Part shown: in pieces, positions 48,950 to 61,461 of the stretch | How the letters are laid out: each line of letters opens with the position of its first letter | Numbering within the stretch: position 1 is the stretch's first letter | Assembly (NCBI GenBank): GCA_010909165.1 | Contig: MU008178.1 | Location: forward strand, 6,961 to 70,960 | DNA: 64,000 bases | Direction of reading: 5' to 3' | From: Anthoceros angustus | Taxonomy: Eukaryota > Plantae > Anthocerotophyta | The notes under the pieces: model-generated | The model's input: the letters and a program-made list of their open reading frames with translations, nothing else | The model's database searches: none | What the model was told of the DNA's origin: nothing | Program-made: the position numbers and the translations under genes

Positions 48950-49370
48950 CTCTTAGGGGTCTTTACAGGGTATCTGCCGTCATCTAGTGACTACTTTCTT
49001 CTTGAGGATCCTTCTAGTGGTTTTTTGGAGCTCTTTATCCTGGCAGTGGCAGTGGCGTGGAGACCCCATCAGTTTCATGGTGTTGGGGCTGACAAGCTTT
49101 TGGTTATGGAGAACCCACAGGAGTGCCTTCCTCCAGTGGGAGGCGTTCCTACATTTTCATTAGGCTGCAGCATTGTCTGCGGCTCGAGCCGATCGGGGCT
49201 CATCTTAGCCCCCCATCAATTTTGGCATTGCCACAGGAAGGGGCTACGAGGCAGTGAGTTTTGGAGTAGGCGGTTCTCGGCTACATCGGATTGGGTTCCC
49301 CTTGGTCGATGTTGAGCAGCTTTCAACATCCAAGCGCCCATCTTCTAAGAGCTTAAAGGCAGGCGGACAA
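48950..49370 (+). mobile_element. Short, highly degenerate CRE-like RT remnant
   Basis: FLLEDPSSGFLELF...PHQFG...DVE..FN parallels 21700-22080. Confidence 0.55.
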
Positions 49371-50341
49371 GCGGCCAAGTATTATTAACATGATAATTTT
49401 GAAGGGAATAGTAACCTTGATTAGAGAACGACACCTCCTTGTCACGATGTACACCTTCACCACTGTGACATATCACCCTACTTTGATAATCGCACACCCT
49501 TTACGAGCCCTTGCTGATAAAGATGCACTTTCAAGTCTACACTCGAGGCCCAGAACCTTTATAGGGTGTGGGCCCATCATATTTTTGTAGAATGCATAGA
49601 GGCTGCCATTTTCATATGTTTATTACAGAAAACTTTTACTTTCAAGTGGTGGAACACAATGAAAACAATCACATACTAGCGGAGTCTCATTTCGGTGGTG
49701 AGAACATTGCAACAAACAAGCTGCTAAAGTGGTCATCGGGCCGACAATAGTCATTCAAAGTCTTGAGGCGACTCGTTTATGCCTTGATCTTGAGTCAAGG
49801 ACCACCACCAAATTCGAGGCGGTCCATATCCTCGTCAAAGTTGTCATTCTCCTCCAATGCTTGCTCAGTATTCATTGAAGTATAATTCTTGAATTTGAGC
49901 TTGTGGCACTCAACCACTTAGGCTTTAAGGCAATGCTAGCGTCCTTAAAATGAATAAAGTTGGTTGCCCATGAGCCCATGCAAGCGTCCTTAAAATCAAC
50001 AAACTTCAGTTATTAAAAAGATATAGGTTTCGAACACGGAGCCTAGTCATTTCTACACCTTTTTCCCAAGCACTTAACCAACAGTCCCAACTTGCAAGAG
50101 TCTTGAGCCGCTAAATATTTATTTTCTTAAAGGCGACCTATGAACCCATGGGGGCCGGCGTGTTGGCGGCCGTGGCGCGTGTAGGGGCGCCCGGCGGGCC
50201 ATGGGCCGAAGTGTGAGGGAGGCGGTGGCGGCGCCATGGGCGGGCGGGCGTGTTGGGGAGGGCGGCCGGCCCATGGGCGGCGTGCTGGGGAGGGCCGGCG
50301 GCCGGCGGCGAGGCATGTTGGGGAGGGCGTCGTGGCCGGCG

Positions 50342-50432
50342 CCTCCTAGCTCACCGCATGCGAGGTGGTGCTAAGGAGGCGCCGTTCGCGCGCCTCCTTA
50401 GCACCATCCTACGGTGCATCTTGAGCTAGGGG
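50342..50432. repeat. Long GC-rich hairpin
   Basis: TGGTGCTAAGGAGGCGC (50366-50382) pairs with GCGCCTCCTTAGCACCA (50390-50406). Outer arms are CCTAGCTCA / TGAGCTAGG. Confidence 0.85.
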
Positions 50433-51200
50433 GACGAAGGGCAGCGGCGGTATCTATCATCGGGAAGGTGTGGCCCATTTGCGGGAAGGGTTAAAGATTT
50501 GCGTCCATAGGTGGCTGAAGAGTACAAGTGGTGGGAAGCCTTTTGGGTGGACGGAAGAGATTGCTATCATTATGGAGAATAACATTGGGCTAATGCTCTG
50601 ACGTCCTTGGAAGTGGTTTTCACATGCGATGGATCATACGGCTGACCACTTCGATCGGATGAGCTTTCTTTGGATGAGGCATTATTGAGGACCTCCCAGT
50701 GATATGTGCCAGGGCATATCAAAAATGGGAAACAGCGATTGGGAATGGTGCGGATGAATAGGGACATAATGGAAATGCAGAAGGGGATGTTACGGCGGTG
50801 TTGTGCACTATGGATCCATAGGATAGGCGCCGCAGGCCATTCTAGATTGGGAGAGTCATTGGCCGGTAGATGCACGACCTCACTTTCTTATCCATTGGTA
50901 TCGGAATGAGCACACGGATGCGTCGAAGGGGTATGTGTAGGAATACATGGTGTCAGTGCCAACCTGTCGATGTATGGAAAAAAGGGAATAGTTCCATTAC
51001 CCAAAAACATCGAGGCGTTTGTGAATGGCTTGACCATCTGTATTATGGGTTGTGTTGAGCATGCGGAAATATGTGTATCGGTGGACAAAAAAGCGATAAA
51101 GGGATAAGCTTTGCAAGATTACTGGCTTCATACAACCTCGAGTCAAAGTGCACATGGCGCGACTTTTCTTGTGACGGTAGAAATGGCACAATCCGGTCGT

Positions 51201-54200
51201 TGTAGGAAGGGTTCGTTCCCAAGGAATATGAACTCGTTTCGTTCGGCGATTCGTCTCACTTTAATGGTTCGGTCCCAATGCACACACTCCTTAGTTCCGT
51301 CTAACTACTCGCGACAAACACCAGGCCCTATGGCCAAGCGTTTAAGGACCCGTTCGCGTCCAGATTCGTTCACGTTAAATCTCTCACACCTCGTCAGTTC
51401 CTCTCTCCTCACTACACTTATCGGTCTTAAGGAAGGAAGGCGGGTTACCTGATCAGGACCTCCTCGCGTTCTCACAGGGCCTCTCGTCAAGACTCTGCCG
51501 CCCTCCAGTCCCTCAGGCTCCACGTTCCGGTCCGTTTGGCGCGGCGGCTGGGCACGGGTCCCAGTCTTCCACACCACAACACGTTAGGTCGTCACGGGAC
51601 CACTGATCAATCCCTCCGGGTTGCATTCGCTCGTTGACTCGGGACTCACGTTAGCAAGAAGACACACAAGTGCAGAGCAGCATCAACACCAAGAGAAAGA
51701 TGATTTATTGAGTGACCCTCTTATACTACGCCGGTCGGCGTCTTTATTACACCCCTATTCGGTGATGGCCATTTCGGTGCCTAATCGACGCCTACCATCC
51801 TATTCCCTCCCCTATCTCCTTGGCGTGGTGGGGAGGAAGGTCGAGTTCCTTGGGATTGGTGGTCCAATCTCCGTCACAGATTGCGGGCGCACCCAATCGG
51901 ATGATCCGGCGGGACCCTCCTCTCCCGGAATCACAGCCGGGTTGGGCTCGTGGCGGTCGGCGGCCGTTACCAACGTCATCCTCCCCAGCCTCCCCATGGG
52001 TCCCCTCGGTGGGGCCACCGTATCCTCTCCCGGCGTAAGTCGAAGGGGCTCCTCCTTCTTGCCGAGTCGGACCTCGAGGTCGGTCTCGACTCGAACTGAA
52101 CTCGAGTCGGCTTATTTCTGGTCTGGGTCCCCTCGTCTCGGGGTTCGGACCTCGTCAGAACTTCTGGTCCGGTCCCAAGCTCGGACCCCTTTCACATGGA
52201 CCTCGTCTTGCTAGGTCCTCCTCCTTACCCCGACCCTTGTCTTGGTTGGGTTGGCTCCCTCCTGCACCCCTTCGGGCCCTCACCCCCTTCTCGGGCGGGT
52301 GGTGGTGAACTTACCTTAGGGTCCGTTGCGTCCCGCTCCTCTTGGGGCTCCTCTCCTTGCCGTCGTCTCCAAGCAGGGGCCCCTAGGGTCCTGTCTTTGT
52401 CCCCTTCTTCCCCTCAGGCCTTCCAGGGGTCGTCTGCGGGGAGGCCTCTCCCGGGAGCTCGGTGTGTAATAGGCAAAGTCCGAATCCACTTGCTGGATTG
52501 CCTCTTCCACGTCTTGCGGGCACCGATACTCCCTTCGCCATAGGTGCTCGGTGAGCTGTTGCACCTTGTTGCTCCACCTCCCACTTGGGTTTGATAGGCG
52601 GGCGCTTGCTTCATGAGGTGCCAGTGCCTCGGTCACCTCCGCGTGTCATTGTTGCTCCACTTGCTCCAACTCCCTCCTTGGTTCGACTTGCCGCCATAGC
52701 GCGTTCCTTCCTTCCTCGGTGGACCGGCTGCCTTCCGGCGCCCTCGCCTCTTTGTCCATTAAACTTGCCATCTCCGCTCAGACGGTCGGGCCTTGCGGCT
52801 GCGGGCTTCCGAGCCCTTCTCCATCTCGGCGGCGTGCTCCTGTTCCATCGCCGTCTTGACTCCGTCAGCAGGCCGGGCGCTCTATTTCGGTCGCGTTCGC
52901 GACCATGTCCTGAGACTACCATTCCTCTCAATGATAGTTTGGGCTGCGGCTCAAAGTCTCCTTGCGGTCCTCCATCTCCACCTTGCTGCTCCACCTCCGG
53001 TGAGTCAGGAGATCCTCCATCTGTCATGAACTTCTTGGCCAGTGCTTGCTGCCACCTCCTGCTCCATCTTGAGGCGGTGGGCGCTCTATCTCGCTCGAAG
53101 TCTGGATTCTCTCATTGAGAACTCCTTGCTGCTCAAGCGTCTTGGGTTGTAACTCCAAGGTGTCCTTGTCCTCCAACTCTGCCGCCTCCCTTCTCCTGCA
53201 GTGCCAGGGTCCCGATTTCCGGGTCTTGGCCTCCGGTGTTTACGGCTCGTCGTGCTTGCTCCATGCCACACTTTCGGCCTTGATTGGCGTGGCTCTCTCG
53301 GCCGCCTCCCTCCACGGTTCCGATCATAGTGATCGCGATCGGCCGTGCGTCGCCTCCTTGGCCACCTTCACTGAGCCTCTCGACAGCTCTGGTCGGTCAG
53401 GCTGCCTCGCGGTCCTTCGCGGGCGCCCTCGCTTCTGTGCGCTCGCCCTCTGCACTGCGAGGTCCTCCCCTTGGGCCTCCTTAGCTTGCCAGGCTCCTCG
53501 GTGAAGGAATTTGGTCCGGTCCTTGCGGATGGACGGACCTCCCTCTCGGCCTCGGCGTTTCCCTCCTCAATCGGCCGAGCTTGGCCTTCCTTCCTCTGGG
53601 CCCCTCAAGCCTCTGGAGGAGTACCATGCGCCTCGGGTGGCTTCTACCTCACAGGTCTTCTCGGCCATCCGAGACCCCAAAGCATCTGTCCCATGTGGCA
53701 GGACCGCCGTGTTTCTTCCACGGCGCGCTGGTGAGGCTCCCACAAAGTCCGTGGCGGGGAGGCATTTCACGATCGAGGACCTCCATACCCATGTCGGGGT
53801 AAGTGGGTTCTCGGACCTAATCGGGACCCTTAGGTCTGAGTCTTTGCTCGGAGCTTCACCTCCTTGGCCCTTTTGGCGAGCTCCTTCTCAGCCCTTTTCT
53901 CACAGGGCTCGGAGGAGGTGAGAATCAGGAGCAAGCCTTTTGCCCCTTCACATCGGCAGCGGGGCCGGCTCGAGTCGGCTGCAGTGTCCTCCTGCTCACA
54001 GGCGTCCTTTTGCCCTCCTCACTTCCTCGCCACTCAGGTGGGCGGTAGAAGTCTTGGCAAGGTGCAGCGTTGGTGGCGTGGTCTTGCGTCTCTTGGCTCC
54101 CTCACAGTCGTGAGGCTCCTCGGTAGGGGTTGTGGCGGTGGCTGCTGGGGTCGGGCGCTTCTGTGGGTGCTCGGTTGGGGCACGGAGGAGGAGGCGGGAA

Positions 54201-55435
54201 TTTCTTCCATACTTCCACAGGTGGTGAGGGGTCCGTTCAGCGTATGGAGTCAGGAATCCTCGATCGTCCTCCTCCGGGTCCGTTTGGCCTTGACGATCGG
54301 CCTCCTCCTCCGGCGCCCTTGCCGCTCCACTTCCGGCGGGGCCTCAGGTCCTTTCGGGCGCTCAAGCTCTCCTTCCTTGAGGAGCTCGAAATGCCCCATA
54401 CATGGATCGGTATGGGGCCCCAGATGGCGAGGCTTCTCGGTCACGAGCTTGCGGGCCTCTGGCTAAGCCCGGCGATAATCCTTCCCGGTCCCCTCTTCCC
54501 GGCTGCGGCGCATGCGGGGAATACCAGCAGTTATCACCAAGGTGATCCACCTTGGTGGCGAGTTCGATGGACAATGATCGGGCTACCGCCCTTACTCAGG
54601 TCGGATGTCGATAAGTTGGTGGTCGCGTCGAGCCTCGGCCCCTGTGGCGGCCTATCTTCCCGCCTTGAGGGGCTACCCTCCCCTTCTTCCTCCTTTGGGC
54701 GGTTGTAGGCGCCCTCGGGACCTCAAGGTCCATCGCCTTGGGTCCTCCGGAGGTTCTTGGACCGCACCTCCTTATTGACCGCCACATTTTCGGGCGAACT
54801 CCGGACGGTGACCTATCGAGCGTCGGACCATCGGAACACATCCAAATGCCACTCCACCAATTCTCACCTTCCTGGGCCGGGGCCCAAAGTCCGGATAGTC
54901 ACAATGTTTGCGCTCCACAGGTTCCATGGCTCCCAAACTTCCAGAGCTTTTGGGTGCCATCGCCTTCTCCTCCCTTGGTTCTTTGTGGGGCCGACGTTGC
55001 GCCTTCTTGCGCGTTGTTGCTCCAACCTCAGCGGTGAGCCGAGCGTCTGGCGTCACGAGATACCGAGCGGGGCGGGCGCGAGATCGCGGTGTCTCGGCTG
55101 CCTTGGCCGGCCTTGAAGTAGAGGCGCCTCTTCCACTGTAGCGCATGCGCAGTGCGGCTTGGCCTGCCTCCCTGCGGCCTTCGCGCGTACTCGGCCTTCG
55201 CGCCCGCGCGTCCGGGCGTGAATACTATATAACTCACCGATTCGGTCTGGCGGTGCATGCCGTTCTCCACTCGGGGTCGCCCTGGCGTGGCGTCCGTCCT
55301 CAGCTCAACTCCTAAGTTACTTTCCTGGCGTACTTATCACCTTTGGTCACAGGTGGGTCCGGACTTATCCGTTACCACAGGCGCGCCAGTAGGTCGGGTC
55401 GTTCCTCACTCCGGGTCGGAGTACTCCAGTGCGTC
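51201..55435 (-). mobile_element. Degenerate LTR element with a GC-rich gag-like interior and no recognisable RT
   Basis: Probable 3' LTR 51201-51751 (TG..CA, minus-strand TATAAG and AATAAA, adjacent purine run). PBS-like TGGCGCGCC on the minus strand at ~55380-55389 lies next to a short stretch resembling the LTR end. Confidence 0.5.
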
Positions 55436-55989
55436 AGTGCTATGCTTATTTCCCCCTTTTTCGCCTCATTTTATCCTTCGCTTCTACAAAAAAACAAAAC
55501 CCTGCCTATTTCCTAGCCCCCCAAGGGAAGTCCGTAGTCCACAGTGCCGCTGAAGATAGTGATGACAATGTTGGAGAAGCTGGACCAAGTGATGACGAAG
55601 GATTGAACTCTAATGATGAGTGAAATTGAAATCACGGTTTGTCCCGGGGTCCCAGAGTGAATGTTGTATGTCTGGTTCCAGATGTTACTGTGTTTTGGAA
55701 ATACCTGCATTGGCTTTTGTTGTCCTTACTAAACCATTTCCTCCCAAAAATTGAATTCTGATCGTTCCTTCCGATAGCAGCCTTGCAGATTCCTACTTTG
55801 CATTAATCCCATAGGTTCGAGTTTGCGACCACCATTCGACATAAACATTGCTGGATGGAAAGTAGGAACTTTAGTGGGTGACACCCTTTTTTTCGGAGAC
55901 GTTTTCCGGAATGCCTTAAAAACTCTATTTTAGGGCCCATAAAAAACCCCCTCAATAGATTATTTACGGAAAACCCCCTTCGAGATTAT

Positions 55990-57980
55990 TCACCCCCTTC
56001 AAAAATTATGATGTTTATTCCTTTTGTTCGCTCTTTCTATGGTTCCCCGTCTAAGCTATATTATGTGTACGGTGTAGAAATTTCCATGCTTGACTCATAG
56101 CAAGGGTGAAGGGATCCCTTGGAAGCTCTGTTGCTATAGCGCATTTAAGGGCCACATCAATAGCGCCTCCTCGATGTGGGAGTGCCTCTTTTCATCGGTG
56201 GCCGACGACACCCACATCCTTGGGCCGGTGGACCAAAGATGCTTTCGACCTCTTCTCCTTGGAGCTCTTCTGCCTTGGCATGAAGGTCAAGACCTTGAAG
56301 TGCAAGGTTTGGTCCTCGTCCAGTATTACGCCCCCTCTTCATTATCCCGGGGGGATATTGATTCTCTGCCTTCTTCTTCCGACAATCATGCTCGTAATGG
56401 CCAGGAATTTTGCACCAATTACAAGTGAAGGTCTTCCTGGGCCTGTCATAGATGGTCGTGGCTGAACTTGAGTGAAAGATCCACGCCCACGACCGCGTCC
56501 TCTAAAGCCTCCACGTCCACGTGATAAATCCTTGGAGTCCCGGTTGGGCCCCCGGGCTTTATACGGGAATTTGTGGATGCTGCTTTGAAAGAGGATCTTG
56601 TGCATATCGATGACCTCTCTAGGTTGGACGACCCGCACGTGGCCTTCGGCATCCTCTCTTCCTGCTTTGCGCACCACCCTGGGTACCTCATTCGCACTGT
56701 CCTCCCCCTCTCAAGTTTTTCTTTCTAAACTTGGAGATTTCGACAAGCAGGTTATGCAGTCTTTGGGAGACATTATCGGCCTAGGTTCCTTTGAATGTGC
56801 GGCCGGGGAACTGGCGCGACGACAAGCGTCCCTCCTTGTCGCATTTGGGGGCACAGGTCTTTTGGCCATGGAGGCCTCGGCACCAGCGGCTTTTCTAGGA
56901 AGCTAGGCCCTCTCGGCCCCAATTTTGGCCTCTCGCTTCCTTATTTGAGATACTAACATTTCGGAGAATTTCGTCACAGGAGTTGAGGAGGGGTGCTTCC
57001 CCCTCCAAGTGTCCCTAAGGTCGGCTAAGGACCTCTTACCCCCTCTGGCCAGGGAGGCCATGGCTTCTTTTTCTTCGTTTCTCACTCCGAGCTTGAGGGT
57101 TGCAGGCTTCTCTCCGGAGAAGCATTGTGTGTCTGAGGTCTTCTTGGATTCATTTATTCCTTGTCCCGCTAGAGCTCGCCTTCGCTCTTGCTTAGGGAAG
57201 GGTGCAAGTTCGTGGCTCCTGGCCCACCCTTGCATCCAGGCGTTCCGAATCGCACCAGCTTCTTTTTCTACCGTGATAAGGTTTCGCGTAGGTCTGGACC
57301 AACCACTAGCCTGTTCTCTTCCAGCCTGTTGCTATGGGGCCTCTATCGACGGCCTTGGGGCCCACTTAGCACGTTGTCCAATGGGTGGACAACGTATTGC
57401 TACACACGACGCCGTCCGAGATGTCATGTTCTTGATGGCCAAGGAGAGCGGTTTCTTCCCTTTCAAGGAGCGGCAGTATTCTCTGCTTAATGGCGTTTCT
57501 ATCATAGCTGACCTTTTCCTGATGGGGGGGACGAGGTCTCGGTTGCGGACATGGTTGTCACTTACCCAACCAGAGATTCTGTTAGCGACCATGTCATCAT
57601 CGACCCTCCAGGTTGGGCGGCGGAAGGGAGTGCAATCAAGAAAATTTTCAAGTATAGGCCCATGGAGCAAGGTCACATTTTCATCCCCCTTGCCATTGAA
57701 ACCCATGGAGCCTTGGGTAAAGTTTTTTCTTGTTTTATCAAGGAGTGTGCAAAGGGCCTACCACAATGACAGGGGCGGGGTTGGCCTCCCCCTTTCCAGT
57801 GTCGTAGCATATTTTAGGCAACGGGTTTCCATCGCCCTACAAAGGGCGTTGGCGAGTGCCATCTTTAGAACGATCATGAGTGCTGGAGATGCGGCATCGG
57901 TGGCACCGGTGGTAAGTAGGCCCTTCCCTATCTCGGACGGTGACATCTTGGGGGTAGTTGGGGGTTACAGGGTAGATTAG
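55990..57980 (+). mobile_element. 5'-truncated CRE/SLACS-like non-LTR retrotransposon
   Basis: VADDTHILG, ILGVPVG, ARRQASLLVAFGGTGL, RARLRSCLGKGASSWLLAHP, CCYGASIDGLGAHLARCPMGG..THDAVRD, FIPLAIETHGALG and FRQRVSIALQR (RT, CCHC and RLE motifs). Confidence 0.85.
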
Positions 57981-58295
57981 TGAGGGGGCACCCCCCGGCC
58001 TTATAAAGTCTCCACATTCCCCTTCCGCTTATGGTTCCAAATGTACATAATTACATTGGCTGGTGGGTACTCCAGACTTTGAGACCCAAAGACAGAAATA
58101 TCTCAAAGTTTGAGATCCTCCAGCCCGAGTCGAGTGCAAGGTTTCGGAATTCCGATCATTGTGAAAGCTTTTTGGGGTTGTCTTAGAAAGCATCAGGTAT
58201 GTGCTTGCTCCGAAAGGGAATTTTCTTTTCCAAGACATAAGTTTCATTGAAGTTTTGGAAATCAATAAGGTTTTTATACCTATATTTATTGGACG

Positions 58296-58924
58296 TGAAA
58301 AGTGACACTTAGTAACAAGCCTTGCATGAGAAGCATGCAGCCCTAGATCTAGTTAGTAAGTTGTTAGTAGTGGTGGTAAGACTTAGCTTAGGGCTTAAGG
58401 AAGAAAGTCTGCTTTAAGCAGTTACTTTGGAAATGATGTAAGCCTCCCTATATAAGGAGATGAGGCTAGCCCTAGAGATATATCTTGTGATCCTAGCATG
58501 AGAGCTACACTCACATGAGGATAGGACTTTGGAGCCTAGGGCCTTGGGAGCCTAGAGTGTGAGCATGTACAGAAGGATCCTAGCACTTGGGAGCTACACT
58601 CTTGTGAGGATAGGACTTTGGAGCCTAGAGGCCTTGGGAGCCTAGAGTGTAAGCGTGCTAGAGGAGAGGCTGTTGAGGAGGAGATCGAGGGGAGAGAGCT
58701 AAGCTCCTAGCTTAGGCAAAGATGGGGAGCTCTCTCTGATCTCTCATGTATTCTTGTTGACTCTTGTTGGAATAAATAGCAGCGGTAGACGTGCTGACTG
58801 CGAGTCGTCCCGTGGAAGGATGGCGGGCTACTTGGAGGCCTGGTGCTGGTGTCTGGTGATGTTTTTGTCACTAACTGCGTGACTCCCCCACCTCGCTGAA
58901 AAGGGGTGGTTACTCACTTTGTCA
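58296..58924 (+). mobile_element. Probable solo LTR
   Basis: TGAAAAGTGA...TCACTTTGTCA terminal inverted motif, TATATAA box, AATAAA and an internal ~88-bp tandem duplication. No clear TSD. Confidence 0.5.
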
Positions 58925-59648
58925 TTGTTCGCCTAACAAACAAAACCGAGCCTTCTTCAGAACGAACAAACGAAACCGACGGAACTGATGCGCAAAGGGG
59001 CGCCGTACAGGCGCGCAATGATCAGTGGTGATGCCCAGTAAGCCTGCTTCTCCGGGCGCCACGTCGGCTCTACACCGCATATAGACCGATCCAACGTCAG
59101 GAAATGGATCATTTTCAGTGGGAAAGGGGGGATGAAATGTCGGACCGCGGCGCTGGCAACGGTGGGCCTTCGGCCGAGTTAAGGTAAAGTGGGTATATCG
59201 GGAGAGGCTTATTTTTAGCACTACTGCCGATACACATCAACGGCTTGCTAGTCGGACAACGAGCACTTTCACCACCAACGCACAATTTTTGGCAACAGCC
59301 ACACCGACAGCGGCTGCTTTTGGCACGGCAAGCAGGCAACCTCACCGCGCCCTCTGACACACGTCGCTGCTTGTCCTGGAGGAGGCCGTGTCTGAAATTA
59401 TTCGCTTCAATCCTGCCCCGCCCTCTAAGCTCTCTCAGCCGTGGATTGCTGGTGCGCCGCCCGAATTGCAGGTCGGGCTGTTTCTGCGGGCATGGAATGT
59501 CATACAGACAGCGGGGTGCAGATGTTGCGGCATTGTGCGGTGCGGGAAATGGCCGCCTTCAGTGCTGAGGTAGCCGCGGCGGCCGTGGGAAGGTGTATTA
59601 TTATGTGAAACAACTGGCAGAAGGCTGTGTGCTTGAGCGCTGTTGAGG

Positions 59649-61461
59649 ATGGACGGTCCGGTTGTGGCACCTTTGCCAGCCTCAGGTATGGAGTTTTGAG
59701 GTTAGGAGTGGTGTGTGTGTGAGGGATTTTTCTGCACAAGCTCTCGTCTCAGTGCTCCGGTTTGGTTACGGTTGCATTGTGTGTAGATAAGGCTGGGAAG
59801 TCCTCGACGTTGAGTTTTGGAGCGATATTTACTATATGTGTGGTAGTTTTCGTGACTACGAAGGTCAGCCTTGGCGTGCTGCTCTACTGGAAGTGGACGA
59901 GAACTAGGAATGTGTGCGAGGTGAAGGTTTCTGGTAAGGATATCGGTGAATGCATGTTTCTTGGAGTGTCAATTGCAGGAGGAAGGGAATCAGCTCAGGT
60001 TTTTGGTGTTTTCCCGCGGGCAGGAGGCAAGCTGGTCATGTTTCAAAGCTCTGGCAAGCCATCTCCGTCGTCCAAAGCTATGCTGAAGAAGACGGAGAGT
60101 TTGAGTAACAAAGATATAATAGGAAGTGGAGGTTACGGCACGGTGTACAAACTGGTGCTTGATGATCATTCTGCCTTTGCAGTCAAGAAGCTGTCGAGGG
60201 GAGGGATTGATCATGAGCGGGGATTCGAGAGAGAACTGGAGACTCTGAGCGATATCAAGCATCGGAATCTTGTCACGCTGCGAGGTTACTATAGCGCGCC
60301 ACAAGTCAATCTCCTGGTGTATGACTTGATGGCCAATGGCAGCCTGGATACGCATCTCCATGGTATGCGGACTTAATAGCTTCTGCACCACCAGGCTCCT
60401 GCTCTTTGCTCGGTTGTTTGTGTTACAGTTGCCGAACATAGGTTTTCTGTTTGTGATAGTGTGATGCTAGCGGACTGGCTGCTACCACACCCAATTTTAA
60501 CGGTGCTCATGTGGACCCCCACTGTTTGAACTGCAGACCGACCAGAGCATGAAGACCCTCTGGATTGGCCTACCAGGTTGAATATTGCGATAGGATGTGC
60601 TCGTGGTATTGCTTACCTACATCATGACTGCATCCCGCACATCATACATCGGGATATTAAGTCTAGTAACATATTGCTGGATGAGGACATGGAGCCGCAT
60701 GTTGCTGATTTTGGCCTGGCGAAGCTAATGAACCCTCGCCGGACTCACGTTACCACAGTTGTTGCTGGCACTTTTGGCTACCTGGCTCCTGGCAAGTACC
60801 TCCCTTGCAGCTCAAGTGAATTTCATGGTGACTGGAAGAGCATGTGAGAGTTGACTGTCTGTTGTTGCAAATCCTGCAGAGTACATTGAGACCGGGAAAG
60901 CAACCGAGAAAGGTGATGTTTTCAGCTACGGGGTACTGCTTCTAGAGCTTCTCACTGGCAAAAGACCAACCGACGAATTGTTCGTAGAGACTGGCCTGAG
61001 TTTGGTGCAATGGGTATACATCTGCTGTTTTGTGTTTGAAAGTCAAAACAATAGATACCATACTTTCCAGCCTAATAGGAAATACAGTTCATTGACAATC
61101 GGTTTTGTTGCGTTTCCTCCTGAAGGCTCGAGATTCTTTAGCGAGGGAGCAGATCACAGACTGTTTTGATGAAGAAATTTTGGCCTCAGCTTCAGATGAG
61201 GAGCTGACTGAGGCAGCTAGCATTGCTTGCCAATGTCTCAGCCCAGATGCCAAGCTGCGGCCAACCATGGTGGAGGTGGTGAAAATGCTGGAGAGGTTGC
61301 AAGCCAGGTATGATGACAATTACACATATCCAGAGTCAGTGACCGTGAGCCCTGTGAGGAGCTTACGAGGATCTGCTACGGATCTCATGCCGGGAAACGG
61401 TGAAGAAAACTCCAACAGCCATCAACTCTCGGGTTCGTCTGAACTGGAGATCGAGAATTGA
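59649..61461 (+). CDS. Receptor-like Ser/Thr kinase without ectodomain (At1g78530-like)
   Basis: Short N-terminus and a TM helix ([23 protein letters not shown]), then [80 protein letters not shown] and [15 protein letters not shown] introns. The start at 59649 was chosen from intron phase. Confidence 0.92.

Noticed and set aside
51621-55553. Many overlapping 60-200-aa ORFs on both strands
   Set aside because: Expected from high GC content in a decayed LTR element, with no recognisable host protein motifs.
59492-59570. Alternative upstream start for the kinase gene
   Set aside because: Its splice phase does not match the acceptor at ~59787, whereas the ATG at 59649 does.
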